From Psychrobacter cryohalolentis K5 (GTDB lineage Bacteria; Pseudomonadota; Gammaproteobacteria; Pseudomonadales; Moraxellaceae): a stretch of 32,000 nucleotides of DNA. The notes beneath the pieces were generated by a model. The model did not search any database, was not told where the DNA came from, and worked only from the letters and a program-made list of their open reading frames with translations. Each line of letters starts with the position of its first letter. Within the stretch, counting starts at the first letter, position 1. Of the stretch, positions 12,399 through 21,265 are shown in pieces. Location: contig NC_007969.1 of the NCBI RefSeq assembly GCF_000013905.1, positions 2,670,001-2,702,000 on the forward strand, read 5' to 3'. A program made the translations under genes and the position numbers.

Positions 12399-12929
12399 TT
12401 AATCTAGCTTCTCAACTTTACTAAACTCAAGCTCAACCTGAGTCGGTCGATTAAATACGTTTACGGTTAAATGTAATTTAGACTTTTCGTAATCCACTTT
12501 TTCAACCAACCCTTTAAAGTCAGTGAATGGACCATCGATAACCAACAACTCTTCGCCCGGCTCAAATAGAGTCTTAGGACGCGGGTCAGTTTCAGTCTGA
12601 TTCAAACGGTTTAGAATACGATCAGCTTCTACTTCCGTAATCGGCGCAGGCGTCTCTGGCGTACCGCCAACGAAGCCCATAATACGTGGGCAATCTTTAA
12701 CGATGTGCCAAGTATTGTCGTTCATATCCATCTGGATCAATACGTAACCCGGAAAGAACTTACGCTCGCTTTTACGTTTTTTGCCGTCTTTCATTTCGAC
12801 GACTTCTTCAGTAGGTACCAATACATCGCCGAAAAACTCAGCGAATTCACTACGATTAATACGATCAGTTAATGAACGCTGTACTTGCTTTTCATATCCT
12901 GAAAATGCTTGGACAATATACCAACGCAT
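12399..12929 (-). CDS. nusG: transcription termination/antitermination factor NusG
   Basis: 176 aa starting [16 protein letters not shown], with a KOW-like C-terminus. Synteny secE-nusG-rplK. AGGAG RBS. Confidence 0.95.
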   Translation of the reverse strand: MRWYIVQAFSGYEKQVQRSLTDRINRSEFAEFFGDVLVPTEEVVEMKDGKKRKSERKFFPGYVLIQMDMNDNTWHIVKDCPRIMGFVGGTPETPAPITEVEADRILNRLNQTETDPRPKTLFEPGEELLVIDGPFTDFKGLVEKVDYEKSKLHLTVNVFNRPTQVELEFSKVEKLD

Positions 12930-13000
12930 ATCACGCTCCTGATCATTATAAGTAAGTCGTTATCCATAAATCTTGGCTAAACAGTCGCTAATACGCGCCA

Positions 13001-13489
13001 TTAACCAATAAATATGCCAACGAACCAGTTAAAAAAGTTATCTAATAGCCAAACTAATAAACCAACAACCGCAATCATGACAATCGTTTGCCATGTATAT
13101 TGGAAGGTTTCGTCTTTGCCAGGCCAAGTAACGCGGCGTAGTTCTACAGCAGCGTCTTTCAATAAAGTCTTAAATGCACGGCCCTGATTTGTCATTGCAA
13201 GACATAACAGCGCAAATACAAAAAGCGCAATGATAATACCAATACGTACCCAAAGGTCATTGGCAGGTTGCCAATAGCCGGGCAGATATTGATTAACTAA
13301 CGTTGCACCAATTAAAACAACTGCGGCTAGTAGCCACAAAATCACATCTTTTACTGAACCCGTCTTAGCAATCTCAACAGCAGTCGTTTGATTACCTGCT
13401 GAAACATGCTTATCTTTGGACAGCATTCCACCAGCAACTGCCTTGGCATCAGATAACTTAGTCTCGAGGTTATCTTGATTATTGCTCAT
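13001..13489 (-). CDS. secE: preprotein translocase subunit SecE (three predicted TM segments, long N-terminal region)
   Basis: 162 aa with hydrophobic segments VILWLLAAVVLIGATLV, IGIIIALFVFALLCLAM and IVMIAVVGLLVWLLDNFF, plus the conserved AVELRRVTWP motif. Sits between tRNA-Trp and nusG. The start codon is less certain because the RBS is weak. Confidence 0.85.
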   Translation of the reverse strand: MSNNQDNLETKLSDAKAVAGGMLSKDKHVSAGNQTTAVEIAKTGSVKDVILWLLAAVVLIGATLVNQYLPGYWQPANDLWVRIGIIIALFVFALLCLAMTNQGRAFKTLLKDAAVELRRVTWPGKDETFQYTWQTIVMIAVVGLLVWLLDNFFNWFVGIFIG

Positions 13490-13540
13490 AAAGAACTCAC
13501 TTCGGAGATGGTGGGGTATGACAAAGATGTGATAAGAAGA

Positions 13541-13616
13541 TGGCAGGCGATGTAGGACTCGAACCTACAACCCTCGGTTTTGGAGACCGATGCTCTACCA
13601 ATTGAGCCAATCGCCT
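13541..13616 (-). tRNA. trpT: tRNA-Trp (anticodon CCA), CCA end encoded
   Basis: The reverse complement reads AGGCGATTGGCTCAATTGGTAGAGCATCGGTCTCCAAAACCGAGGGTTGTAGGTTCGAGTCCTACATCGCCTGCCA. It folds as a cloverleaf with anticodon loop CU-CCA-AA and T-loop GGTTCGAGTCC. 76 nt. Confidence 0.93.
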
Positions 13617-13635
13617 AGGGGTGTTAAGGCTGATA

Positions 13636-13663
13636 ATTATACAAGGTTTTACTAAGAATGCAA
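13636..13663 (-). promoter_or_regulatory. candidate sigma70 promoter for tRNA-Trp-secE-nusG
   Basis: The minus strand reads TTGCAT-N16-TATAAT (-35 at 13658-13663, -10 at 13636-13641). The -10 ends about 19 nt before the mature tRNA 5' end. Confidence 0.5.
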
Positions 13664-13862
13664 GTTTTAAGACGATATTTTATTTGCTTAATACAATGAA
13701 TCATTACTTTAATGGAGAAAAGTCAGAAAACTCTGTTTAAAATCAAAAATAGAAGTCAAAATCTGAGATAGATTTATTGCTTTAAATTTTTAAATATACA
13801 GACCTTATTTTAATAAATACTAAATTGATTAGCACTTCTGCGATTTAGCAAACCACCCCCAC

Positions 13863-13894
13863 AAAAAAGCCACCCTCTTTCGAGGATGGCTTTT
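13863..13894 (-). terminator. rho-independent terminator downstream of tuf
   Basis: The minus strand reads GCCAUCCUC-GAAA-GAGGGUGGC, a 9-bp stem with one G-U and a GAAA tetraloop, followed by U6. It lies about 50 nt past the tuf stop. Confidence 0.75.
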
Positions 13895-13939
13895 GACTAA
13901 TGATTAACGAAGATCAGATTACTCTGACAGCGTTAAGTA

Positions 13940-15130
13940 TTAGTTCAATACGTTAGCAACAACACCAGCGCCTACAGTACGGCCGCCTTCACGAATAGCG
14001 AAGCGAAGACCTTTGTCCATAGCGATTGGGTGGATAAGCTCTACGCCCATCTCAACGTTATCACCAGGCATAACCATTTCAGTACCGTCTTGTAATTGGA
14101 TTGCGCCAGTTACGTCAGTGGTACGGAAGTAGAACTGTGGACGATAGCCGTTTAGGAATGGTGTGTGACGACCACCCTCTTCTTTTGACAATACATATAC
14201 TTCAGCGTCAAACTTGGTGTGAGGAGTGATTGAACCTGGCTTAGCTAGTACTTGGCCACGTTGTACGTCTTCACGCTTAGTACCACGTAGTAGTACGCCA
14301 CAGTTTTCGCCTGCACGACCTTCGTCAAGCAGTTTACGGAACATCTCTACACCAGTACAGGTGGTTTTTTGAGTGTCACGGATACCAACGATTTCGATTT
14401 CGTCGCCAACGCGTACGATACCAGATTCAACACGGCCAGTTACAACAGTACCACGACCTGAGATTGAGAATACGTCTTCGATTGGCATTAGGAATGCTTT
14501 GTCGATGTCACGCTCTGGCTCTGGGATGTAGGTGTCAAGAACGTTTAATAGTTCTACAACGGCTGGTTGACCATATTTTTCTTGTGAGCCTTTTAGGGCT
14601 TCAGTGGCAGAACCATGGATGATTGGGGTGTCATCACCTGGGAAGTCATAGTCGCTTAATAATTCACGAACTTCCATTTCTACGAGTTCAAGCAATTCTT
14701 CGTCATCAACAACGTCGCACTTGTTCATGAATACGACGATGTACGGTACGCCAACCTGACGTGAAAGCAGGATGTGCTCACGGGTTTGTGGCATAGGGCC
14801 GTCAGTTGCTGATACTACTAGGATTGCGCCGTCCATCTGGGCTGCACCGGTGATCATGTTTTTAACATAATCGGCGTGACCTGGGCAATCAACGTGAGCG
14901 TAATGACGTGATGGGGTGTCATATTCTACGTGTGAGGTGTTGATGGTGATGCCACGTGCTTTTTCTTCTGGTGCTGAGTCAATAGACGCGTAGTCTTTGG
15001 CTTCGCCACCAGAGGTGATTGCAGCTACGGTTGCGATTGCAGCGGTAAGGGTGGTTTTACCGTGGTCAACGTGTCCGATGGTACCGACGTTAACATGTGG
15101 TTTTAGACGTTCAAACTTGGCCTTTGCCAT
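13940..15130 (-). CDS. tuf: elongation factor Tu
   Basis: The ORF-track frame begins 9 codons earlier. The conserved N-terminus [28 protein letters not shown] starts at ATG 15128-15130, which has a GAGGA RBS. 396 aa. Confidence 0.97.
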   Translation of the reverse strand: MAKAKFERLKPHVNVGTIGHVDHGKTTLTAAIATVAAITSGGEAKDYASIDSAPEEKARGITINTSHVEYDTPSRHYAHVDCPGHADYVKNMITGAAQMDGAILVVSATDGPMPQTREHILLSRQVGVPYIVVFMNKCDVVDDEELLELVEMEVRELLSDYDFPGDDTPIIHGSATEALKGSQEKYGQPAVVELLNVLDTYIPEPERDIDKAFLMPIEDVFSISGRGTVVTGRVESGIVRVGDEIEIVGIRDTQKTTCTGVEMFRKLLDEGRAGENCGVLLRGTKREDVQRGQVLAKPGSITPHTKFDAEVYVLSKEEGGRHTPFLNGYRPQFYFRTTDVTGAIQLQDGTEMVMPGDNVEMGVELIHPIAMDKGLRFAIREGGRTVGAGVVANVLN

Positions 15131-15256
15131 GGGTATTTCCTCTTTTTTTAGGGTCAACTGCTTAATTTATATAAAGTAATTAAGTGAATACTGACCACAT
15201 TAAGATAACTGTTAAAAGGGTGCACATACTAATGTGCAGATATTATAAGAAAATCA

Positions 15257-15292
15257 CGAGCAATAACAAGTCTTTTAACCAATTATTGCTCG
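15257..15292 (-). terminator. possible attenuator/terminator hairpin between fusA and tuf
   Basis: Perfect 10-bp stem CGAGCAATAA (15257-15266) / TTATTGCTCG (15283-15292) with a 16-nt loop. On the minus strand it is followed by UGAUUUUCUU. A second small hairpin, TGCACAT-N4-ATGTGCA at 15221-15238, is followed by CCCUUUU on the minus strand. Confidence 0.3.
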
Positions 15293-15350
15293 ATTATCTA
15301 CTGACAATATAGAGATATGTCCTATATTGCCATTATCGATAGATTTTTGC

Positions 15351-17477
15351 TTATTCGTCATCATCTTTATTGTTGAATTTAGAGATGATAGCTTCTGCAA
15401 CTGATTTTGGAATTTCAGCGTACTTTTGGAATTCCATAGAGTAAGTTGCACGGCCCTGTGACATTGAACGCATTTGTGTGGCATAGCCAAACATTTCCGC
15501 TAATGGTACTTCAGCACGAATCTGCTTAGTGCCGCCAGGTAAGTCTTCCATACCTTGAACCATACCACGACGACGGTTAAGATCGCCCATGATATCGCCC
15601 ATATAGTCTTCAGGTGTTTCAACTTCTACTTTCATCACTGGCTCAAGTAGCGTTGGGTTTGCAGCCATGAAGCCTTTACGGAATGCGATAGAACCAGCCA
15701 TTTTAAATGATAACTCATCCGAGTCAACATCATGGTAAGAACCATCATACAAGGTCGCTTTTACGCCAACGATTGGGTAACCTGCAAGTACGCCGTTTTT
15801 CATGCGCTCTTGAATACCTTTATCAACCGCACCGTGGAATTCTTTTGGTACCGTACCACCAACAACTTCTTCTTTAAATTCATAAAGAACATCGCCAGCT
15901 GGATCCATAGGCTCAAGACGTAACCAAACGTGACCGAATTTACCACGACCACCAGTCTGACGTACGAATTTGCCTTCTTGCTCAACCGTGTTACGAATCG
16001 TTTCGCGATAAGCAACCTGAGGTGCGCCGATGTTAGCTTCAACACCAAACTCACGCTTCATACGGTCAACAAGAATCTCAAGATGCAGCTCACCCATACC
16101 ACTGATGATAGTCTGACCAGATTCTTCGTCAGTATGTACACGGAACGATGGATCTTCTTTCGCCAAACGACCTAAAGCGATTGACATTTTTTCTTGGTCA
16201 GCTTTGGTTTTAGGTTCAACCGCTAGACTGATAACTGGATCTGGGAATTCCATACGCTCAAGCGTAATAACATTTTGCTCGTCACACAACGTATCACCAG
16301 TGGTTACATCTTTCATGCCAACCAAGGCTGCGATATCACCAGTACGGATTTCTTGCAACTCTTCTTGAGAGTTTGCCATCATCTGTACGATACGGCCAAC
16401 ACGCTCACGTTTCATTTTAACTGGGTTATAAACGCTGCTGCCCTGCTTTAGAACACCTGAATAAACACGAACGAAGGTTAAGTTACCAACGAACTTATCA
16501 TTCATGATTTTGAATGCTAAAGCTGAAAACGGTGCTTCGTCTGACGCTTCACGAGTGCCTTCAGATTCATCTTTGTCATCCAGGATACCTTTAATAGCAG
16601 GTACATCCATTGGTGCAGGAAGATACTGAATAACAGCGTCCAACATCTTCTGTACACCTTTGTTTTTAAAGGCAGTACCACAAAGAAGTGGAATGATTTC
16701 GTTATCAATAGTCAACTGGCGAATAGCAGAGTTAATTTGATCAACAGTTAATTCACCGTTCTCAAGATACTCATTCATCAATTCTTCAGTCGCTTCAGCA
16801 GCGCTTTCTACTAGATACTCACGATATTCTTCCGCTTTTTCTTGTAGTTCTGCTGGGATTTCACGCTCATCATATTCCATGCCTTGAGACGCTTCGTCCC
16901 AATAGATGGCTTTCATCGTTACTAGATCTACAACGCCTTCAAAGTCGTCTTCTTTACCAATTGGGATAACCAATGGTACTGGCTTGCCGCCTAGACGAGT
17001 TTTGATCTGTTCTACTACGCGGTAGAAATCAGCGCCAACGCGATCCATTTTGTTAATGAATGCAAGACGTGGAACTTTATATTTGTTTGCCTGACGCCAT
17101 ACGGTTTCAGACTGTGGCTGAACGCCGCCTACTGCACAGTAAACCATGCAAGCGCCATCAAGAACACGCATAGAACGTTCAACTTCAATTGTGAAGTCAA
17201 CGTGACCTGGGGTGTCAATGATATTGATACGGTGTTCGTCAAACTGTTTTGCCATACCTGACCAAAAACAAGTTGTCGCCGCTGAGGTGATAGTAATACC
17301 ACGCTCTTGTTCTTGCTCCATCCAGTCCATAGTGGCTGCGCCATCATGTACTTCACCAATCTTGTGGCTAACACCGGTATAGAACAAAACACGTTCAGTA
17401 GTGGTCGTTTTACCAGCATCAATGTGCGCAGAGATACCAATATTGCGATAGCGCTTTAGGGGAGTTTTACGAGCCAT
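15351..17477 (-). CDS. fusA: elongation factor G
   Basis: 708 aa starting [35 protein letters not shown], with DTPGHVDF and NKMD GTPase motifs. TAGGAAA RBS. Confidence 0.98.
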   Translation of the reverse strand: MARKTPLKRYRNIGISAHIDAGKTTTTERVLFYTGVSHKIGEVHDGAATMDWMEQEQERGITITSAATTCFWSGMAKQFDEHRINIIDTPGHVDFTIEVERSMRVLDGACMVYCAVGGVQPQSETVWRQANKYKVPRLAFINKMDRVGADFYRVVEQIKTRLGGKPVPLVIPIGKEDDFEGVVDLVTMKAIYWDEASQGMEYDEREIPAELQEKAEEYREYLVESAAEATEELMNEYLENGELTVDQINSAIRQLTIDNEIIPLLCGTAFKNKGVQKMLDAVIQYLPAPMDVPAIKGILDDKDESEGTREASDEAPFSALAFKIMNDKFVGNLTFVRVYSGVLKQGSSVYNPVKMKRERVGRIVQMMANSQEELQEIRTGDIAALVGMKDVTTGDTLCDEQNVITLERMEFPDPVISLAVEPKTKADQEKMSIALGRLAKEDPSFRVHTDEESGQTIISGMGELHLEILVDRMKREFGVEANIGAPQVAYRETIRNTVEQEGKFVRQTGGRGKFGHVWLRLEPMDPAGDVLYEFKEEVVGGTVPKEFHGAVDKGIQERMKNGVLAGYPIVGVKATLYDGSYHDVDSDELSFKMAGSIAFRKGFMAANPTLLEPVMKVEVETPEDYMGDIMGDLNRRRGMVQGMEDLPGGTKQIRAEVPLAEMFGYATQMRSMSQGRATYSMEFQKYAEIPKSVAEAIISKFNNKDDDE

Positions 17478-17788
17478 AGTGTTTTCCTAGGGAAATTCGT
17501 GTATATATTAATGTGTTGTGTCTCTACCTCTACTCTATGACAAAGCCGTTCAGCCCTGCAATATTACTAATCATTGAACCTAATACGGGCAAAAAAGAGT
17601 AACTACTAAGAATAGTGCGGCATCAAACTCAGGAGACTTTCTTTACAGAATAGCATCCCTTTTCAGAACAGCATCTTGACAGATGTCCGCCATCTGAAAT
17701 GAATGTGTCTGTTATTATATTTCAATAATTACAAGCAAATCATTTATTAACAATGGCGACAATCAATAGAATAAATAAATTATATCTA

Positions 17789-17812
17789 GATGACTGGCAT
17801 ACACCAGTCATC
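17789..17812 (-). other. perfect 9-bp hairpin in the rpsG-fusA spacer (possible attenuator or processing site)
   Basis: GATGACTGG-N6-CCAGTCATC, about 55 nt downstream of the rpsG stop. The downstream minus-strand sequence is AT-rich (UAGAUAUAAUUUAUUU) but is not a clean U-tract. Confidence 0.3.
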
Positions 17813-17865
17813 CAAAACTACTTTTAAAAAGCTATATTTAAAAGAACAGCTTAATTAAGAGTAGC

Positions 17866-18339
17866 TTAGAAACGGTAATGAGAGAATGCTTTGTTAGCAT
17901 CTGCCATGCGGTGAACTTCGTCACGCTTCTTCATAGCATTACCTTTGCCATCAGCAGCATCATTCAATTCGCCAGCTAAACGCAAAGCCATTGATTTTTC
18001 AGAACGCTTTGCAGCAGCTTCAGCTAACCAACGCATAGCCAAGGCGGTACGACGGGAGGGGCGTACTTCCATTGGCACTTGGTAGGTTGCACCACCAACA
18101 CGGCGAGCTTTTACTTCAACCATTGGGCGAACATTTTCCAATACTTCTTCAAAGAAAGAAACTGGATCTTCGATGTTACGCTTTTGGCTTACTGTCTCAA
18201 GTGCACCGTAAACGATACGCTCAGCAGTAGATTTTTTACCATGACTCATGACATGGTTGATGAATTTTGCAACAGTTTGGCTACCAAATTTAGGATCCGG
18301 TAGGATCTCACGGGTAGCAACGACGCGACGTCTTGGCAT
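17866..18339 (-). CDS. rpsG: 30S ribosomal protein S7
   Basis: The conserved N-terminus [21 protein letters not shown] begins at ATG 18337-18339, which has an AAGGAT RBS. The 17 extra codons in the ORF track are an upstream read-through. 157 aa. Confidence 0.96.
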   Translation of the reverse strand: MPRRRVVATREILPDPKFGSQTVAKFINHVMSHGKKSTAERIVYGALETVSQKRNIEDPVSFFEEVLENVRPMVEVKARRVGGATYQVPMEVRPSRRTALAMRWLAEAAAKRSEKSMALRLAGELNDAADGKGNAMKKRDEVHRMADANKAFSHYRF

Positions 18340-18547
18340 AATAAATATCCTTTTCTTCAGGAGTGTCTGACATTCACAATCTCGCACCAATTAATATTGG
18401 ATGGCGTTATATCGAGTTGTCAGTCAGCCTTACTGCATGGCGGTGTGTGATAAAGATTAGTGACTCATTTGGTCAAAAATTACTCACATCAGACCCATGC
18501 ACAGTTAATGTTTGATACAAAGAAACTCATTTAATAACGGTTAGTTA

Positions 18548-18922
18548 TTAAACTTTAGGTTTCTTAGCACCATATTTAGAACGACCTTGCTTACGGTCTT
18601 TAACGCCTGCGCAATCTAGTGCACCACGAACGGTGTGATAACGTACACCTGGTAGATCTTTTACACGACCACCACGGATAAGAACAACACTGTGCTCTTG
18701 TAGGTTATGACCTTCGCCGCCGATGTAGCTTGATACTTCATAACCTGAAGTCAAACGTACACGACATACTTTACGCATGGCTGAGTTAGGTTTTTTAGGG
18801 GTAGTAGTATATACGCGAGTACATACACCACGGCGTTGTGGGCACGCTTCCAACGCAGGAACTTTTGACTTTTCCTTGATGGTTTTGCGACCTTTACGAA
18901 TCAATTGGTTAGTTGTTGCCAT
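18548..18922 (-). CDS. rpsL: 30S ribosomal protein S12
   Basis: 124 aa starting [13 protein letters not shown]...[31 protein letters not shown]. Confidence 0.98.
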   Translation of the reverse strand: MATTNQLIRKGRKTIKEKSKVPALEACPQRRGVCTRVYTTTPKKPNSAMRKVCRVRLTSGYEVSSYIGGEGHNLQEHSVVLIRGGRVKDLPGVRYHTVRGALDCAGVKDRKQGRSKYGAKKPKV

Positions 18923-19025
18923 GAGGCATCCTTCTCCCGTTTGGTAAAAAACAAAAAAATAGGGAAACGCACCATCGATCTGACTTTAACGACAGATTTT
19001 GGCACACCCATTTTTAGGACAGTGT

Positions 19026-19054
19026 ATTATAAAGACTTGTTGCTGCTATTTCAA
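19026..19054 (-). promoter_or_regulatory. candidate sigma70 promoter of the str (rpsL) operon
   Basis: The minus strand reads TTGAAA-N17-TATAAT (-35 at 19049-19054, -10 at 19026-19031). This leaves a leader of roughly 100 nt to the rpsL ATG. Confidence 0.55.
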
Positions 19055-19242
19055 CCACTTATGAGCAGTTGGACTTTACAGCAGCGGATAGATATGTATT
19101 CGGTCTACTACTATACCACTTTATCTGTTTTTAACGGCATAACCGAAAAAACAGCTAACTAAATACGGTATCAAAAGTAGATGCTTACATCATTTAGATA
19201 AGATATTTAGAGATAAAAAACAGTCGTTTACCTGAGCTATAT

Positions 19243-19286
19243 GGCGATATCGGTTTAATTTTCAATAGAAGTAAGCCGATATCGCC
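19243..19286 (-). other. long inverted repeat downstream of the EcsC-like gene (terminator-like stem without adjacent U-tract)
   Basis: GGCGATATCGG(T/C)TTA arms form a 15-bp stem. The single mismatch becomes a G-U on the minus-strand RNA. The loop is 14 nt. It lies about 77 nt after the stop at 19363. Confidence 0.35.
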
Positions 19287-19362
19287 AACATTAAAGATAA
19301 ATAGCAATTACGTAGAGCTTCAGTATTCTAAAACGAAGTAATCAATAAACCTTAATGGCTTA

Positions 19363-20631
19363 TTATTTACTCGACTTAGCAGCGGCTTTCTTTGTTTTGC
19401 TGTCAGAAGATTTATCTGCACTATTCTGCTTATCATTCTTAGTGCTGTCGACTTTCTTTTCACTAGTCTTCTTTTCGTCAGCTATAGCATCAACATCGTT
19501 TTCTTTATCGTCAGCTTTTTTCTGAGTATCTTTTGCAGCATTGGCGTCTGACTTTATGTTTTTTGAGGCTGCATCTTTTGATTCTTTTTCTTTAGATTCC
19601 TTCTCTAGTGATGCGGTATCTTGAGCTTTGTCTTCTTTCTGCTCAGTGCTGCCCGTTGCCTTACTAACCTTTACTTCGCTACTACTGTCATCCGTAATAG
19701 CGCGATTGGCAAGCTTAGCTTCTGGCGCAAAAGTTGCTTGAGCAACGCCAATGACCTCATCAATCAGCTGACTGTTATAGCGCATACCAACGATAACGGC
19801 AGTGGCTGGTAGGAATCGGCGTATCCATGTTAAGTTAATTTGATCCAAATCAACACCGACCTGACTAGCAATACTGTCCACTTGCTCTGCGTAAAAATTA
19901 ACTTTTTTATTCTGCAAGCCTAAGTTTTTGAGCTCATTGTGTAAACCGCTGCTTTGGGCGCTATCCAGTAAACCTTTACCAATACCAATACCTGCCAGCA
20001 ATGCTTGCTTCTCTTGCATTTTGCTGAGATCTGCATTGGCAAGTAACTCATAGGCCATTTTGACGCCTTGCTTACCAGTTAACGGTTTATTATAAACAGC
20101 GCCCAATTGATAAACAGTGCGTAGAGAAACCAACAATAACCATAATGTATCCGCAAGCAAGCCCGGCAAACCTGCCAAACCTGTAACACCGCCAAGCGTC
20201 GCTAATGCACGGTTTTGATTGGCGATATCGGTCGCTAACGCGTAACGCTGCTCGTCGTCTAAGCTCACAATATTGGCAAAGCGATGCTGATTCGGTAAAT
20301 CAATTTGACTCCAGTTGTCGGCAAGCTTAGCAATTTGAGCAAAAGCGCCATCAACGGTCGACTCAAAAAAGCTGTTTGGCACGACTTTTTTGGCATATTT
20401 ACCATAAGCAGCAAAGCGTGTGCCCAATAACTGCTGAGTGGCTTTTAACGTTTGCTCACGGAACAAATCTTGTTGGTAATCTTCATCGCCTAAGTTCACC
20501 GCTTTAAATTGACGCGGTTTGCCAGTTTTTGCATTCGCGCTATCAATCATGGCACCCATACGCTCTAGATTGCCACGCGTAAAAGAGCCAACCGTACTAA
20601 TACCTTTCGATAAAGTGCTACGCTTTCCCAT
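19363..20631 (-). CDS. EcsC-family protein with a ~110-aa Lys/Ser/Asp/Glu-rich low-complexity C-terminal tail
   Basis: I chose ATG 20629-20631 (MGKRSTLSKG...) because AAGGAT lies 6 nt upstream; the ORF track starts 30 codons earlier. The central segment ALATLGGVTGLAGLPGLLADTLWLLLVSLRTVYQLGAVYNKPL looks like the Gly-rich core of EcsC (PF12787) proteins as I remember them. The tail from about ITDDSSSEVK to KKAAAKSSK is compositionally biased. Confidence 0.6.
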   Translation of the reverse strand: MGKRSTLSKGISTVGSFTRGNLERMGAMIDSANAKTGKPRQFKAVNLGDEDYQQDLFREQTLKATQQLLGTRFAAYGKYAKKVVPNSFFESTVDGAFAQIAKLADNWSQIDLPNQHRFANIVSLDDEQRYALATDIANQNRALATLGGVTGLAGLPGLLADTLWLLLVSLRTVYQLGAVYNKPLTGKQGVKMAYELLANADLSKMQEKQALLAGIGIGKGLLDSAQSSGLHNELKNLGLQNKKVNFYAEQVDSIASQVGVDLDQINLTWIRRFLPATAVIVGMRYNSQLIDEVIGVAQATFAPEAKLANRAITDDSSSEVKVSKATGSTEQKEDKAQDTASLEKESKEKESKDAASKNIKSDANAAKDTQKKADDKENDVDAIADEKKTSEKKVDSTKNDKQNSADKSSDSKTKKAAAKSSK

Positions 20632-21265
20632 CTTGATATCCTTAATATGATGTTTGTTATAAAGTAATATAGTTAAAGTACTAAGTGTTAAATCACCATT
20701 GTTAAAATGCTGCTCTAACACCCTTTTTATAATAATACGCTGTTTGCCATTCTAGCGAACCCCTATTTTGAGTGTCAGTGCGAACAATGTTATCGCTATC
20801 AGCCCTTTTGTATCTAAAAGTGTCATTTATCGATAACAACTTAACCATCATAGTATATCTATTACATTAGCTCATATTAAAGAAGCTTGTACCATGGCAT
20901 GCATCGCCCTTATTGTTTGCTTCTTAATAACAAACTGCATAAAACTATAGAATAACCATTGTTGCTGATAAGCCCTATTTTATTATTATTTTGCATTTAC
21001 TCAAACATTTTGCCACCTCGATACGGTATCATATGCCATAATTCAAAGTACACTTGTACCATTATTTACCTGCATTCTATTTCTCTCAACTCTCTATGAA
21101 TCCATGATAGCGTTAGCGTCCGCTGCTAGCACTTAAATGCCTTTATATAACAACACATTTGTTATCAAAAACAGATAGAGATGAAGTGATATGGTAGAAG
21201 TAGATATTTTAAAACGATGATTAAAAGTAATTATCAAAAAAATCGTTACTAATAAGGAATATTGT

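Noticed and set aside
15131-15157. N-terminal extensions offered by the ORF track for tuf (to 15157), rpsG (to 18390) and the EcsC-like gene (to 20721)
   Set aside because: Conserved N-termini ([14 protein letters not shown]) and good Shine-Dalgarno sequences sit at the internal ATGs. The upstream codons are just open leader sequence.
15275-17440. Minus- and plus-strand ORFs overlapping fusA in other frames (15275-15490, 15732-15923, 15800-16054, 15930-16175, 16517-16708, 17129-17440)
   Set aside because: They are out of frame with, or antisense to, an unambiguous EF-G gene, and have low-complexity or atypical composition.
18905-19162. 85-aa plus-strand ORF starting inside the rpsL start region and running through the str promoter region
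   Set aside because: It has no RBS and overlaps the rpsL initiation region and the TTGAAA-N17-TATAAT promoter on the other strand. AT-rich non-coding DNA stays open by chance.
20894-20950. 18-codon hydrophobic mini-ORF MACIALIVCFLITNCIKL in the EcsC/fabB spacer (type I toxin-like?)
   Set aside because: No Shine-Dalgarno, no flanking terminator or antisense promoter that I can see, and such short ORFs are expected by chance in 634 bp.
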